From contig JBEPZY010000002.1 in the NCBI GenBank assembly GCA_041640595.1, positions 50,884 through 114,883 of the forward strand: a DNA stretch of 64,000 nucleotides, given 5' to 3'. The stretch's first letter is position 1. Each line of letters opens with the position of its first letter. Source of the DNA: Gemmatales bacterium. Lineage in GTDB: Bacteria > Planctomycetota > Planctomycetia > Gemmatales > HRBIN36. The notes beneath the pieces are model-generated. The model was not told the origin of the DNA, searched no databases, and saw nothing but the letters and a program-made list of their open reading frames with translations. Positions 11,752-22,670 of the stretch are shown piece by piece. The translations under genes and the position numbers were made by a program.

Positions 11752-12000
11752 TCGGCGGACGTAGGCCCGCCGTGATCGTATGCGGCAAGTGTGTTCCCGC
11801 GCCGAATCGGCGTTCGAGATCGGCACTCGTCACTCCGCCGTGCTGCGAAAATGCCAGCGTGATCGCGCAAGTTTCCCACGGCTGGCTTACGCCAGCCGCT
11901 CCTGGTGCACACCATCATGCCCATTGCAAAAAGCGACATTTTCGATGCACATCCGCACATGTACCAAGTTCGGCGGACGTAGGCCCGCCGTGCTGCCGTG
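11752..12000. repeat. Small degenerate cluster of the same REP-like palindrome
   Basis: GGCGGACGTAGGCCCGCCGTG (~11755 and ~11972) and CCACGGCTGGCTTACGCCAGCCGCTC (~11876). Confidence 0.7.
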
Positions 12001-12013
12001 CGACATGGCATTT

Positions 12014-12949
12014 CTATAAAGCCGCTTTTTCCTGGCGAGCGCTATCCTCCCGCGAAGCCGGCACCAGACCGAGATTGCTCAGCAACTCGCGGGCACTTTC
12101 GACACGGTTCAGGCAATAGATATGCAGTCCCGGCACGCCATAGTCCAACAGGCGCATGCACAACTCCGTGCACACTTCCACACCATAGCGGCGAACCGAC
12201 TCGTCATCGCCGAGCTGATCGAGCCGGCGATTGATTTCTGCCGGCAGTTTTGCTCCACACATCTGCGTAAAGCGGCGGATCTGCTCTTTGCTCAAAAACG
12301 GCAGAATTCCCGGCACCAGCGGCACGTTCACGCCACGTTTCTGGCGGAGGTACTCGACGCACTCGATAAAATCCTCGGCTACATAAAAGAGCTGGGAAAT
12401 CAGGAATTCCGCTCCTGCTTCGACTTTCAAAGCCGCGTAGTCCCAATCGCGGTATTTGTCAGGGGCTTCCTGATGACCTTCGGGATAAAAGGCTGCACCG
12501 ATGCTGAAGGAATACCGGCTGCGGATAAAGCGAATGAGATCGGTAGCGTGTGCGAAACCGTCGGGTTCGGCGATAAATTGCGTTTGTCCCCGGGGCGGAT
12601 CCCCGCGCAACGCCAGAATATTCTCCAGGCCAAGGGTCTGGGCTTCGTCGAGCACTGCGGCGATGGTTTGCCGACTCTGACCCGTACAGGTGAGATGAGC
12701 CATGCTGGTCACGCCGAACTGCTGTTGAATGCGACTGGCAATGCGAAGGGTACGTTCGCGGGTGCCTCCACCGGCACCGTAAGTAACGGAAAAAAACGAC
12801 GGCCCTAACGCCAGCAATTGCGGCAGGGTCTGGCGGAAAAGGAGAGCTTCGGCATCATCGGACTTGGGTGGGAACAATTCCAGCGAAATGACCAGATCGC
12901 GGCGGTTCACAACCGCTTGCGCTTGCCGATACAGTTGTGCAATCCGCAA
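12014..12949 (-). CDS. metF: 5,10-methylenetetrahydrofolate reductase
   Basis: SLELFPPK, SVTYGAGG, MAHLTC, ALRGDPP, YPEGH, ISQLF, GLHIYCLNR; TTG start after a GGAGG RBS. Confidence 0.95.
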   Translation of the reverse strand: MRIAQLYRQAQAVVNRRDLVISLELFPPKSDDAEALLFRQTLPQLLALGPSFFSVTYGAGGGTRERTLRIASRIQQQFGVTSMAHLTCTGQSRQTIAAVLDEAQTLGLENILALRGDPPRGQTQFIAEPDGFAHATDLIRFIRSRYSFSIGAAFYPEGHQEAPDKYRDWDYAALKVEAGAEFLISQLFYVAEDFIECVEYLRQKRGVNVPLVPGILPFLSKEQIRRFTQMCGAKLPAEINRRLDQLGDDESVRRYGVEVCTELCMRLLDYGVPGLHIYCLNRVESARELLSNLGLVPASREDSARQEKAAL

Positions 12950-13017
12950 TGCCTCCGCTCCCGTTCTTGGACCAGCTGACCGGGCCGGCAATTAACGACG
13001 CAGCCAGGTCAATCGCC

Positions 13018-14784
13018 TTATGCCTTGATTATATCGCGGACGGTCATGCCGCTGGGAATCATCGGCAAAACGTGTTCCTGATACGGTACCAGGACGTCGA
13101 GGACGAAGGGGAGTTTGGCGTCGAGCATTTCCCGCAGGGCATCATCGAGATCGGCCTTCTGCGTCACCTGCCGGGCAGCGCAGCGGAAACTTCTGGCCAT
13201 CTGGACGAAATCGGGGTATGGCCCTTCGTCGGGGCCGGCCCCCAGGTAAGTGTGAGCGCGATTGCTGGCGTAGAAACGATCTTCCCACTGCACCACCATG
13301 CCCAGGTGCTGGTTATTGAGCAGCAGCACCTTGACGGGCAGCTTTTCGCAATAAGCACAGGCCAGCTCCTGCACGTTCATCAGGAAACTGCCGTCGCCAT
13401 CAATGTCAATGGCGATTTTGTCCGGATGCGCAGCCAGTGCACCGATGGCGGCAGGTAAACCGAACCCCATGGCTCCCAGTCCGCCCGAAGTAAACCAGTG
13501 CCGCGGACGGGTGAATTTGAAATACTGAGCCGCCCACATCTGATGCTGACCAACTCCCGTCGTGACGATGGTTCGATCCAGCCAGCCGCGTTCGTGGAGA
13601 ATGTGCCACAACCGCTCGATGCAGTATTGCGGCATAATCGCATCGTCGCGGTCTTTGTAACGCAAAGGCTCGGTTTCTCGCCAGTAGTCAATCTGCCGGT
13701 ACCAGTCGCGGTATTTCTGCTCCGGGGTCTCGCCCGGATACAGATGCAATCCCTGGTCCACGAGCTTGAGGAGTTCCTGCAAGGCGTACTTGACATCGCT
13801 GCAGATGGGCAAAGTGGCAGGCTTGCATTTGTTGAGTTCGGCGGGGTCAATGTCAATGTGGACAATGCGGCCATGTTTGGCGAATTCGCTTACCTTGCCG
13901 GTCACCCGGTCGTCGAAACGCACGCCGAGGGCCAGCAGCAGATCGGCCTCGTTGATGGCGTAATTGGCATAGACAGTACCGTGCATTCCCAGCATTTGCA
14001 GGCACTGGTAATGCGTGCTGGGAAAGGCACTCAGCCCCATCAACGTCAACGCCACGGGAATGCGCGTCTTCTCGGCAAACTGGCGCAGCTCTTCAGCGGC
14101 GTTGCCGGAAATGATACCGCCACCGGCGTAGATGATCGGTTTCCGGCTGTCGCGCAAAAGCTCCATTACCTGTCGCAATTCTTCGGGCTTTGCTTTGCGA
14201 AACGGTTTGTAGCCGGGCAGATTCATCGGCGGGTCCCAATCCGGCACCACCTGGCGATTTTGCACGTCTTTGGGAACATCAATAATCACCGGCCCGGGCC
14301 GACCCGTGGTGGCGATGTAAAACGCTTCCTTCATGATCCGCGTAATGTCTTCAGTGCGGGTGATCAGGTAGTGGTGCTTGGTGATGGCGCGGCAGATTTC
14401 GATGGTGGGCGTCTCCTGAAACGCGTCGGTGCCGATGACCGGCGTGCTCACCTGACCGGTAATGGCGATGAGGGGCACGGAGTCCATTTTGGCGTCGGCC
14501 AGACAGGTAACGAAATTGGTCGCCCCGGGGCCGCTGGTGGCGATGCAAACTCCGGGTCGGCCGGTGCTGCGGGCATAACCGCTGGCCATGAACCCGCCGC
14601 CCTGCTCATGGCGAGGCAAAATGGTGCGGATTTTGTCGGCGACACGGGTCAGCGCCTGGTGGATGGGCATGCTCGCCCCGCCCGGATAGGCAAAGACCAC
14701 CTGCACACCGTGCCGCACCAGACATTGCACCAGAATATCCGCGCCCGATAACGGCGCCGTTCCCGTCAGCAATGGTTGTTTCAC
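13018..14784 (-). CDS. ilvB: Acetolactate synthase large subunit
   Basis: [53 protein letters not shown]. Confidence 0.96.
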   Translation of the reverse strand: MKQPLLTGTAPLSGADILVQCLVRHGVQVVFAYPGGASMPIHQALTRVADKIRTILPRHEQGGGFMASGYARSTGRPGVCIATSGPGATNFVTCLADAKMDSVPLIAITGQVSTPVIGTDAFQETPTIEICRAITKHHYLITRTEDITRIMKEAFYIATTGRPGPVIIDVPKDVQNRQVVPDWDPPMNLPGYKPFRKAKPEELRQVMELLRDSRKPIIYAGGGIISGNAAEELRQFAEKTRIPVALTLMGLSAFPSTHYQCLQMLGMHGTVYANYAINEADLLLALGVRFDDRVTGKVSEFAKHGRIVHIDIDPAELNKCKPATLPICSDVKYALQELLKLVDQGLHLYPGETPEQKYRDWYRQIDYWRETEPLRYKDRDDAIMPQYCIERLWHILHERGWLDRTIVTTGVGQHQMWAAQYFKFTRPRHWFTSGGLGAMGFGLPAAIGALAAHPDKIAIDIDGDGSFLMNVQELACAYCEKLPVKVLLLNNQHLGMVVQWEDRFYASNRAHTYLGAGPDEGPYPDFVQMARSFRCAARQVTQKADLDDALREMLDAKLPFVLDVLVPYQEHVLPMIPSGMTVRDIIKA

Positions 14785-15158
14785 AGCCTGCTCCCATCTC
14801 GTCGTGATTGAAAAGCAACCTCGGTTCTGGGCAGGTTACCGCCAATTGTATTTTTATATGCACCGTGGCGAGGCAAAAGCCAGGTGCTGCCTTCACAATC
14901 GCACCATGATCGCGTGTTTCCAGGCAAGCGCGGCCCGAACAGACTGAATTAATCGCTATTCCCGGCAGCCAGTACACCGGCAGAACGTCTGGCCATACGC
15001 ACACCGTCGCGCAAGCAGGCCCGCAACCCACTCGCCCGCAGCACCGACCCCCAGAGTCCCGCAAACGTTTCCCGAGCATATCGCATTTCAACTCAGCGCG
15101 CGGGTGGGGATGGAGCTCGGCACATCGGCCAGGCCGAAAGACAACCGAACATGCCGTC

Positions 15159-17072
15159 CTAAGGCTTGACGGGGATCGGCACGGGTTTGGCCATCAGTCC
15201 GCCCAGCAATTGCTGCAGAACGACCTGCAAGGCATTTCCGAGGGCCGGATAACTCGCCTCCAGACGAATAGTCGCGGTCCCTGTTTCGTCGCTACGGATT
15301 TGCAGGCTCTTTTCGACATCCTTGACCAGATCGGGAGCCAGGGCAGCGAACTGGACCAGTGCCGGTTTTAGTCCTTGCTCGTAGGCTTCCCGAGCTATGC
15401 TCTCCAGTTGTTTCGCAGCATTGGCATCGCCTAACCCGACCTGCAATTGCAAGGCCATGCTTTGCGGCAAGAACTCGATTTTGGCAAACGCCACGTGAAT
15501 CTTCTCCAGCACAGTTGCGATCTTCTGCATTTCCGGAGGCAACGGGGCACTGGCTAAGGCGGCTTTCAGGTCTATGTTGCGTGCCAGCACAGCCAGTTGC
15601 GCATTGCCAACCGCCTGGGCGAGCGGTTCCCAATCCTTGGACAAGCCTTCGCTCGACGGAGAACCAAGGCCAGGTACGGATTTAACGGCTTCCGGCGCAC
15701 CGGTTAGGAGAACATCGGCCGCCGGCCAGGTCACAAACGCCTGCTGTCCCTGAACGGTGCCGAAGTAAACGGTCTGCTCGCCAATTTTTTCCTCGCGCCA
15801 GTCGGTCGAGGTTCGTTTGAGCTCCTGAAGGACCTTTTCGCGGTCCACAGGGCGATGGAACCGCACACCGACCACCATCGTCGGCAACACTTCCTTCTCG
15901 TTCAACGAGTTCGGCACCCTGGTCCAATCTAATCGCAGGCTAATCATCACTTCTGCTATGTCTGTCGGGGCGATCGCAGGAGGAAGCTGGCCTGTTTGCT
16001 TTTGCACTTCGGGCCGGCGAAGGAATTGTTGTACAAGTGGATGCTGAGTAAACTCCGCCGGGTTCAGGCAAACAACCACGTTCGCATCGGCCGGGACATA
16101 ACGCCAGCACTGCATTGCCGCGACCGGTCGCGCAGGCGCTTCCTGGAAAATCTTTCCCAACTGTTCCACGATTCCCTGTTCCGGAGACGCCGCCGGGCCC
16201 GACGGGGTTTGCCCTGGTGAAGTATTCGTGCCGATCGGCTGTGGCCTGGATGGAATACCCGACGCATCGGGCGATGTGGATGATGTTGATGGAGAAGGCT
16301 CCGAGTTGGCGTTCGGCCCGGGCTTTCCACTGGCGACCTGCGGTGCGGTCTGCCCAACCTGGGAAACGCCGCCCAAACCGATGGCTTGCAAGACTGGGTC
16401 AAGCCAGCCCAGATACCAGGCGGTTGCCACGCCGCCCGCCAGCAGCAAGAGCAACACCACCAAAATCAGCCACACCCACCACCGCGACTTCTGCGCCGCG
16501 GGTTCCTGGCCGAAGTCAATTTCCTCCGGCTCGGTCGCCTCGACGTAAGGCTCTTCGCCGACTTCTTCCGGGACCTCGGCAGCTTCGGATACCGGTTCGC
16601 CAGCTTCCACCACTTCGCCGCCAGTTTGGGCCACCTCTCCGGAAAACACATCGCCCGCTTCCTCTTCGGACCATTGCACCGTAGGCTTTTCCTCAGGGGC
16701 GGGCGGAGGGGATGCCGACTGCGCAAGCTCCTGTTCCCAGGGTTCTGGCTCAGGCACCGCCTTTGGGGTTGGTTCAGGAGGTGACGTGCTCGGAGGTGGT
16801 TGAGACTGAGCCTGGGTGGGCGTAGGTTCGGGACCGAGGATGTCTTCCATCCCCACCAGTTTCACCCGCGGCGATTCAGCACCGACTCCCGAAGTAATGT
16901 CCGGCCCACCGGTCATGGTTCCCCCGGGCGAACTCGACGAACGCAACAGATGGGCAGGCACAGGGAAAATCGTTTCGCACTTCGGGCACAGAATGCGTTT
17001 GTCCGAGGTAAGTTCCGCGGAGGTTTTCAGAGGTGCCCCGCAGTGCACGCAATTGAACCGCGTAATCGGCAT
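15159..17072 (-). CDS. Membrane protein: N-terminal zinc ribbon, Pro/Glu-rich linker, one TM helix, extracytoplasmic domain
   Basis: CVHC...CPKC near the N-terminus; acidic Pro-rich linker; TM WWVWLILVVLLLLLAGGVATAWYL. Confidence 0.75.
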   Translation of the reverse strand: MPITRFNCVHCGAPLKTSAELTSDKRILCPKCETIFPVPAHLLRSSSSPGGTMTGGPDITSGVGAESPRVKLVGMEDILGPEPTPTQAQSQPPPSTSPPEPTPKAVPEPEPWEQELAQSASPPPAPEEKPTVQWSEEEAGDVFSGEVAQTGGEVVEAGEPVSEAAEVPEEVGEEPYVEATEPEEIDFGQEPAAQKSRWWVWLILVVLLLLLAGGVATAWYLGWLDPVLQAIGLGGVSQVGQTAPQVASGKPGPNANSEPSPSTSSTSPDASGIPSRPQPIGTNTSPGQTPSGPAASPEQGIVEQLGKIFQEAPARPVAAMQCWRYVPADANVVVCLNPAEFTQHPLVQQFLRRPEVQKQTGQLPPAIAPTDIAEVMISLRLDWTRVPNSLNEKEVLPTMVVGVRFHRPVDREKVLQELKRTSTDWREEKIGEQTVYFGTVQGQQAFVTWPAADVLLTGAPEAVKSVPGLGSPSSEGLSKDWEPLAQAVGNAQLAVLARNIDLKAALASAPLPPEMQKIATVLEKIHVAFAKIEFLPQSMALQLQVGLGDANAAKQLESIAREAYEQGLKPALVQFAALAPDLVKDVEKSLQIRSDETGTATIRLEASYPALGNALQVVLQQLLGGLMAKPVPIPVKP

Positions 17073-17422
17073 GACTTCTCTCCCGCTGCTACACCCTGGG
17101 TCTGGCTGAAAGTCCGCCCAATCGGCTCGGCAAGAGGAATGATTCCAGTCTGCCTGAAGCGGTCTCGGCCGCGCCTGCAAAGATACCGACCCTCTTCGCC
17201 TTGCATTCAGTCTAGCCCTGCCTGCCGGGCAATGCAAGCAGTCGGGCCAACCGCTTGCCTGACGGCGTGGCCGGGGTTCACCGATTTTTCGCAATTGCTT
17301 CACAATCCAACCTGCCAGCGGCTCATAAAATCTCCTGGCCAGAACCGACCACGCCCCACAGAGCAAATGCATCTGTGCCGGGCTTGACCGACACCGATAC
17401 GCTCGAAACAGGAAATCCTTTC

Positions 17423-18385
17423 ATGAACATGGCTCGCAGCAAACGAATCATTGCCCTGGCCATCACCTTAGCCGCGACCCTGCTGGTCTCGTGCCGATCA
17501 CAGGCACCCCAGGAACCCGGGCAGGAAGAACTCTCAGGCGAAATCAAAATTGACGGTTCCAGCACCGTTTACCTCATCACCGAAAAAATGGCGGCCGCGT
17601 TTCGCTCCCTGCACCCCAACGTGAAAATCTCCATCGGTGTATCCGGAACCGGCGGCGGATTTAAAAAATTCGCTAACAACGAAACCGACATCAGCGACGC
17701 CTCGCGGCCGATCCGCGCTGCCGAAGCGGAAGCCTGTCGAAAGAACGGCATCGAGTATCTGGAACTGAAGGTCGGCATAGACGGGCTGGCCGTGATTATC
17801 CACCCTGAAAACACCTGGGCCCGGAAACTGACGGTGGAGCAGTTGCACCACATCTGGCGACCGAACAATCCCGCTCAGCGATGGAAAGACCTCGACCCGA
17901 ACTGGCCCGATAAGAAAATCGAGCTTTTTGGCGCAGGCACGGATTCCGGCACCTTCGATTATTTCACCGAGGTCATCAACGGCAAGGAAAAAGTCAGCCG
18001 ACCCGATTACACCGCCACCGAAGATGATAACGTCACGATCAACGGCGTGGCCAGGAGCAAGTATGCTCTGGGTTATCTGGGCGTGGCCTATTACGAAGAA
18101 AACAAAGACAAAGTCGCCGTCGCAGCCATCCGCGACCGCAACTCGGAAGAGTACGTTTTGCCGACCCCCGAAAACGTCCTCAGCGGCAAATATCGCCCCC
18201 TGAGCCGGCCCCTATTTATTTACGTGAAACTGGCCTCGCTGAAACGGCCGGAAGTGCAGGAATTCGTCCGCTTTTACTTACGCCGATCCGATCTGGTGCG
18301 GCAGAGCGGCTACATCGAATTGCCTCTCGCCGAGCAACTGGAACAACAGAAAAAGTTCGAAAGCGTGCTGGAACAATTGCGCTAA
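17423..18385 (+). CDS. pstS: Phosphate ABC transporter substrate-binding lipoprotein
   Basis: Lipobox LLVSC; IDGSSTV, SGTGGGFKKF, DASRPI, DSGTFDYF, YRPLSRPLFIYV. Confidence 0.93.
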   Translation: MNMARSKRIIALAITLAATLLVSCRSQAPQEPGQEELSGEIKIDGSSTVYLITEKMAAAFRSLHPNVKISIGVSGTGGGFKKFANNETDISDASRPIRAAEAEACRKNGIEYLELKVGIDGLAVIIHPENTWARKLTVEQLHHIWRPNNPAQRWKDLDPNWPDKKIELFGAGTDSGTFDYFTEVINGKEKVSRPDYTATEDDNVTINGVARSKYALGYLGVAYYEENKDKVAVAAIRDRNSEEYVLPTPENVLSGKYRPLSRPLFIYVKLASLKRPEVQEFVRFYLRRSDLVRQSGYIELPLAEQLEQQKKFESVLEQLR

Positions 18386-18499
18386 ATCGCCGAAGCGCGA
18401 TCCTGGTTGCAGTACGCCCAACACTACCACAATGCTCTAACAATTGCGCTAAATCGCCGAAGCCACGTTCGCTAACGCAGTCGCAACAACACTCACTTT

Positions 18500-19500
18500 C
18501 CACGGTCGGCTTACGCCAGCCGCTCCTGGTTCGGATGTGCCGATGCGTTTGCACAGTAACGCTTGTGTTCCGCCTGTTCGTTCTGCCTTGCACGATGGCT
18601 AACCACGGGGGGCTTACCCCCCCGCTCTAGCGTTGCGGTGCGGACGTCTGCCGGCGAAAAAAACGATTTTTGCGATATGCGAACGCACATTCACAAGAGC
18701 GGCGGGCGTCAGCCCGCCGTGGTACCGAAAAACGCATGTGCAACGGCGATCATCTATGGCCGGGTGATTGCGTTTCTCGCGCATGACCGACACCGGCACC
18801 ACGGTCGACTCACGCCAGCCGCTCCTGGTTCGGATGTGCCGATGCGTTTGCACAGTAACGCTTGTGTTCCGCCTGTTCGTTCTGCCTTGCACGATGGCTA
18901 ACCACGGGGGGCTTACGCCCCCCGCTCTTGTGTTGGTGTGCGAACGTCTGCCGGCGAAACAACGATTTTTGCGATATGCGAACGCACATTCACAAGAGCG
19001 GCGGGCGTCAGCCCGCCGTGGTGAGGGCAACGTTCTGGCACAGGAAAACGAATGCGTCGTGCGTGGCGAGCGTCAGGATCAAGAGCGGCGGGCGTCAGCC
19101 CACCGTGGGTGGGAAAATGCGCATCGGCAGACACGAGCGCCGTTCGTCGGCAGACCGGCGACGGTGTTGTGGATCGCCGTTGCGGTCGCGGGCATCGGGG
19201 CCACGGGGCTAACGTAGCGCCAGAATCGTTCATGGGCCATACGGCTCCGGATTACAATCGCGTGCATTGGCGCCACGGGGGGCTTACGCCCCCCGCTCTT
19301 GCGTTGGTGTGCGAACGTCTGCCGGCGAAACAACGATTTTTGCGATATGCGAACGCACATTCACAAGAGCGGCGGGCGTCAGCCCGCCGTGGTACCGAAA
19401 AACGCATGTGCAACGGCGATCGTCAATGGCCGGGTGATTGCGTTTCTCGCGGATGACCGACACCGGCACCACGGTCGGCTTACGCCAACCGCTCCTGGTT
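18500..19500. repeat. REP/BIME-like mosaic array 3
   Basis: Variants CCACGGTCGGCTTACGCCAGCCGCTC, CCACGGGGGGCTTACGCCCCCCGCTC and GAGCGGCGGGCGTCAGCCCGCCGTGG; one block repeats at a 299-bp offset. Confidence 0.88.
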
Positions 19501-19563
19501 GCACGCGTGCATATCGTCGCAAATGCAGGGTGGCGATTTGCAACGGCCTCCGGCCAGGCTGGG

Positions 19564-19712
19564 GCTAGCGACGGGGTTCGGCCGCGAAACTTTTTATGTG
19601 TGATGTGATTCGGATTGCCGGCCTAGAGCTGGCGGTGGGATTCGAACGTGAAGACTTTATGCCTGCGATGTGATTCGGATTGCCAAACTAGAGCTAGCGG
19701 TGGGATTCGAAC
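19564..19712. repeat. tRNA-linked tandem repeats (64-65-bp period) containing the tRNA-Thr 3' end
   Basis: GCTRGCG...GGRTTCG units start at 19564, 19628 and 19693. The first two are followed by TTTATG...GATGTGATTCGGATTGCC...CTAGA. Confidence 0.8.
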
Positions 19713-19763
19713 CCACAACCTGCGGTTTACAAAACCGCTGCTCTACCGTTGAGCTACGCTAGC
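19692..19763 (-). tRNA. tRNA-Thr(UGU), CCA not encoded
   Basis: Reverse complement GCTAGCGTAGCTCAACGGTAGAGCAGCGGTTTTGTAAACCGCAGGTTGTGGGTTCGAATCCCACCGCTAGCT folds as a cloverleaf: anticodon stem GCGGT/ACCGC, anticodon TGT, T-loop TTCGAAT. Confidence 0.97.
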
Positions 19764-19813
19764 GTACCACTGGGCCATAGTTGCCGGGCAAGTTCTGCGT
19801 CATGGGTCGCATT

Positions 19814-19819
19814 ATTATA
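19814..19819 (-). promoter_or_regulatory. Putative sigma70 -10 box of the tRNA promoter
   Basis: Perfect TATAAT on the minus strand about 50 bp upstream of the tRNA. Confidence 0.5.
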
Positions 19820-20162
19820 GCCTATCGGAACGGCACGAAACTAGTTTGAAACCGTGATCGGTGCCCAATTGAGCGGGTCGAGAGCTCATGCGTTGGCGCG
19901 GAGCGTGCTTTTGCACTCTCGGCAATGCTGGCCCAGCTTGGGAGCAGCGTGGAGACCGTTATTCGAGCCGGGGCAGCCTGACGGTAACGGAAAAGGAATA
20001 CCGCGGGGTCAACCCGACCCGCCGACGAAATAAGCAAACGCGGGTACGATTCCGCCCTAGCTTGTGCGTTTCTTGGTGTTCTTGGCACTGGCGGACTGGC
20101 CGACGAAGAGCAAACGCGGGTACGGTTCCGCCTCTGCTTCGACTCGTCGCAGCCGGTGCCGT

Positions 20163-21587
20163 TCAGCGTCGCCACAACAGGAAGAAAATGCAGCTGCCGA
20201 GAAAACCGAGCAGCAGGCCAAGGTAGAGGAAAAACAGACGTTCCAGCCAGCCGAAACGACGAATGACAGCGAAGCCAGAAGACGTCGCGGAAGAATCGCT
20301 GGAGGAAGGTGGATCAGATGGAGAGGGCGAACCGGTGGCCTGCGTGGCTGCGGGATTTGCCGGTGTCTGCGAAAGCGGTACCGCCGACGCTCCCAGGTCG
20401 GGATTGGACAACGTTGCCGCCGAGTTTGGCACCAGAAGCCAGCCACTGCCCAGTTCGGGATTGCTCGGGGTAGCGCGAGGCGGGCCGGTCAGCGTGTCGA
20501 GACTGGAATAGCTGCGTGGTCCGGGAATGCCCAAAGGCTCGAGAGCTGCCAGCAGTTCGGCCGGGGTCTGGAACCGATCTTCCGGCGACTTGGCCAGCAG
20601 TTTGTGGATGATTTCCGCCAGGGGCACGGGAATTTCGGGACGCAGTTCGCGTATCGGTCGCGGTTCTTCGGTCAGGTGTTTGATCAGCTTCTCCATGGCC
20701 GTGTCGCCTGGGAATGGCACCCGACCGGTCAAGCCGTAATAGAAGGTGCAACCGAGACTGTACAGGTCGGAGCGGATGTCCACCTCGTGGAAATCGCGAC
20801 CCTGTTCCGGGGACATGAAATCGGCGGTACCATAAACCTGACCGGCGCGGTTCTGGCGAATGACCGACTCAACCATACGCGAGACGCGACCGGAACGGAG
20901 ATGGGCCAGGCCAAAATCCACAATTTTCAGCAGGTAATCGCCGCTTTTCCGCAAGTTGGAAGAAGTGGCCGAGGATTTGCTCCGACTTTTGGTCACCAGC
21001 AGGTTGGACGGTTTGAGATCGCGGTGAACCAGACCGAGTCCGTGGGCATAATCGAGAGCGGAGGCAGCCTGGCGCATCAATTCCACAGCAAGACCGATCG
21101 GCAACGGTCCACGTTCCTGCACTAACTCCTGGAGCGATTTGCCCGGCACGTATTCCATGGCGAGAAAATGCACCCCGCGACCGCGATTGGCATCGTAAGC
21201 CAGCACGATGTTGGGATGCTGCATCTGCGCCAGCACCCGAATTTCCCGCTCGAACTGCAACAACTGCTCCTTATCGCGAACGGCACTGAGTTTCAGTACC
21301 TTGAGAGCCACCAGCCGTCCCATCCCGGTGTGAACGGCCTTGAACACCGTCCCCATCGCTCCCTGGCCGAGACGATCCAGGATGCGGTATGGCCCCAGCC
21401 AGAATCCTTTTGACCGGCCCAGAAGAATCTGTTCCGCCTGGTAAGCAGTAAGTAAACCTTCGGCAACAAGCGTGCGGGCGAGCAGTATCGGATCCTTTTC
21501 TTGCAGCCGATGCTCCAGAGCGTGAATCTGATCCTCAGCCAGCAACTGACTGCGGCGGAGATGGTAAAAGAATTGGTCGCGATCCAT
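20163..21587 (-). CDS. Ser/Thr protein kinase with C-terminal TM anchor
   Basis: LGQGAMGTVF, VALK, HRDLKPSN, VDFG, GTADFMSPEQ, DLYSLG; hydrophobic C-terminus; TATAAT at 21656-21661 upstream. Confidence 0.93.
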   Translation of the reverse strand: MDRDQFFYHLRRSQLLAEDQIHALEHRLQEKDPILLARTLVAEGLLTAYQAEQILLGRSKGFWLGPYRILDRLGQGAMGTVFKAVHTGMGRLVALKVLKLSAVRDKEQLLQFEREIRVLAQMQHPNIVLAYDANRGRGVHFLAMEYVPGKSLQELVQERGPLPIGLAVELMRQAASALDYAHGLGLVHRDLKPSNLLVTKSRSKSSATSSNLRKSGDYLLKIVDFGLAHLRSGRVSRMVESVIRQNRAGQVYGTADFMSPEQGRDFHEVDIRSDLYSLGCTFYYGLTGRVPFPGDTAMEKLIKHLTEEPRPIRELRPEIPVPLAEIIHKLLAKSPEDRFQTPAELLAALEPLGIPGPRSYSSLDTLTGPPRATPSNPELGSGWLLVPNSAATLSNPDLGASAVPLSQTPANPAATQATGSPSPSDPPSSSDSSATSSGFAVIRRFGWLERLFFLYLGLLLGFLGSCIFFLLWRR

Positions 21588-21764
21588 GTCGGCTGTTTCC
21601 CTGGTGCCGAGCCGCTTGCACCAATTGTTTTTCCGGTGCGATCTGCACGGGGATGATTATAGGGAAAGTTCAGGCCTGCTGACAAAGGCGTGTCAGTGAC
21701 CGGCCTGGTGTGCGCAAGCGAGCCCGCATGGGAATACACGCAGCAAACGCTATGCCACTCCCTT

Positions 21765-22670
21765 TCAGGCTGGTCGCTGTAACAGATGCCGCAGCGCCGA
21801 CTCCAGTTGCGGATAGTCAAACGTGAAGCCCTGCTCCTGGAGTTTGCGGGGTACAGCGCGGGCACTGCTCAAAAACAATGCGTCGGCCATTTCGCCAAAC
21901 ACCAGACGGGCCATGAAGCCCGGCATGGGAAACAGTGTCGGTCGCCGTAAGACTCGTCCGAGCGTGCGAGTAAATTCCGCATTGGTCACCGGCTGGGGCG
22001 AAACGAAATTAACCGGCCCCTGAACACTCTCCTTTTCCAGGACGAACTGAAAGGCCCGGACGGCATCGGCGATATGAATCCAGCTCCAGTATTGCTGGCC
22101 CGAACCGATACGACCACCCAGGCACAGCAAAAAAGGCAAGCGCATTTTCGCCAGTGCCCCACCGCGATCACTCAGGACAACTCCAAGCCGACAGCAAACG
22201 ACACGGATTCCCGCTTCAGCAGCCGCTGCGGTCGCCGATTCCCATTCCTGACACACCTGGGCCAGAAAATCGTTACCTGGCGGACTGGATTCGGTCAATT
22301 CTTCGCTGCCGCGGTTACCGTAGTACCCGATGGCCGAAGCATTCACCAGCACACGTGGTTTCGGCTGGAGCCTGGCGAGGGTCTGCGCCAGCAAGCGTGT
22401 GCTCAGCACGCGGCTATTGCGAATCAGAGCTTTGACTTCCTCGTTCCAGCGCCGCTCGGCGATACCGTAACCGGCCAGGTTCACCGCGGCATCAATACCT
22501 GCCAGTGCCGCGCTATCCAGCTGTTCCCTGTCAGGGTCCCAGAAAATTTCCCCCGGTCCGACCGGTGGGCGGCGAACCAGACGAATTACCTCATGGCCAG
22601 CCGACTGCAACTGTGGAACCAGAGCCGACCCGATTAAACCCGAAGAACCGCTCACCAGCACCCGTGCCAT
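21765..22670 (-). CDS. TIGR01777/YfcH-family NAD-dependent epimerase
   Basis: VSGSSGLIG, VNLAG, NASAIGYYG, QVCQEWE, GSGQQYWSWIHIAD; TATAAT at 22711-22716 upstream. Confidence 0.92.
   Translation of the reverse strand: MARVLVSGSSGLIGSALVPQLQSAGHEVIRLVRRPPVGPGEIFWDPDREQLDSAALAGIDAAVNLAGYGIAERRWNEEVKALIRNSRVLSTRLLAQTLARLQPKPRVLVNASAIGYYGNRGSEELTESSPPGNDFLAQVCQEWESATAAAAEAGIRVVCCRLGVVLSDRGGALAKMRLPFLLCLGGRIGSGQQYWSWIHIADAVRAFQFVLEKESVQGPVNFVSPQPVTNAEFTRTLGRVLRRPTLFPMPGFMARLVFGEMADALFLSSARAVPRKLQEQGFTFDYPQLESALRHLLQRPA

Noticed and set aside
19564..19763. Intact prophage or island at tRNA-Thr
   Set aside because: The duplicated tRNA ends are only 65 bp apart, and no integrase or cargo is present
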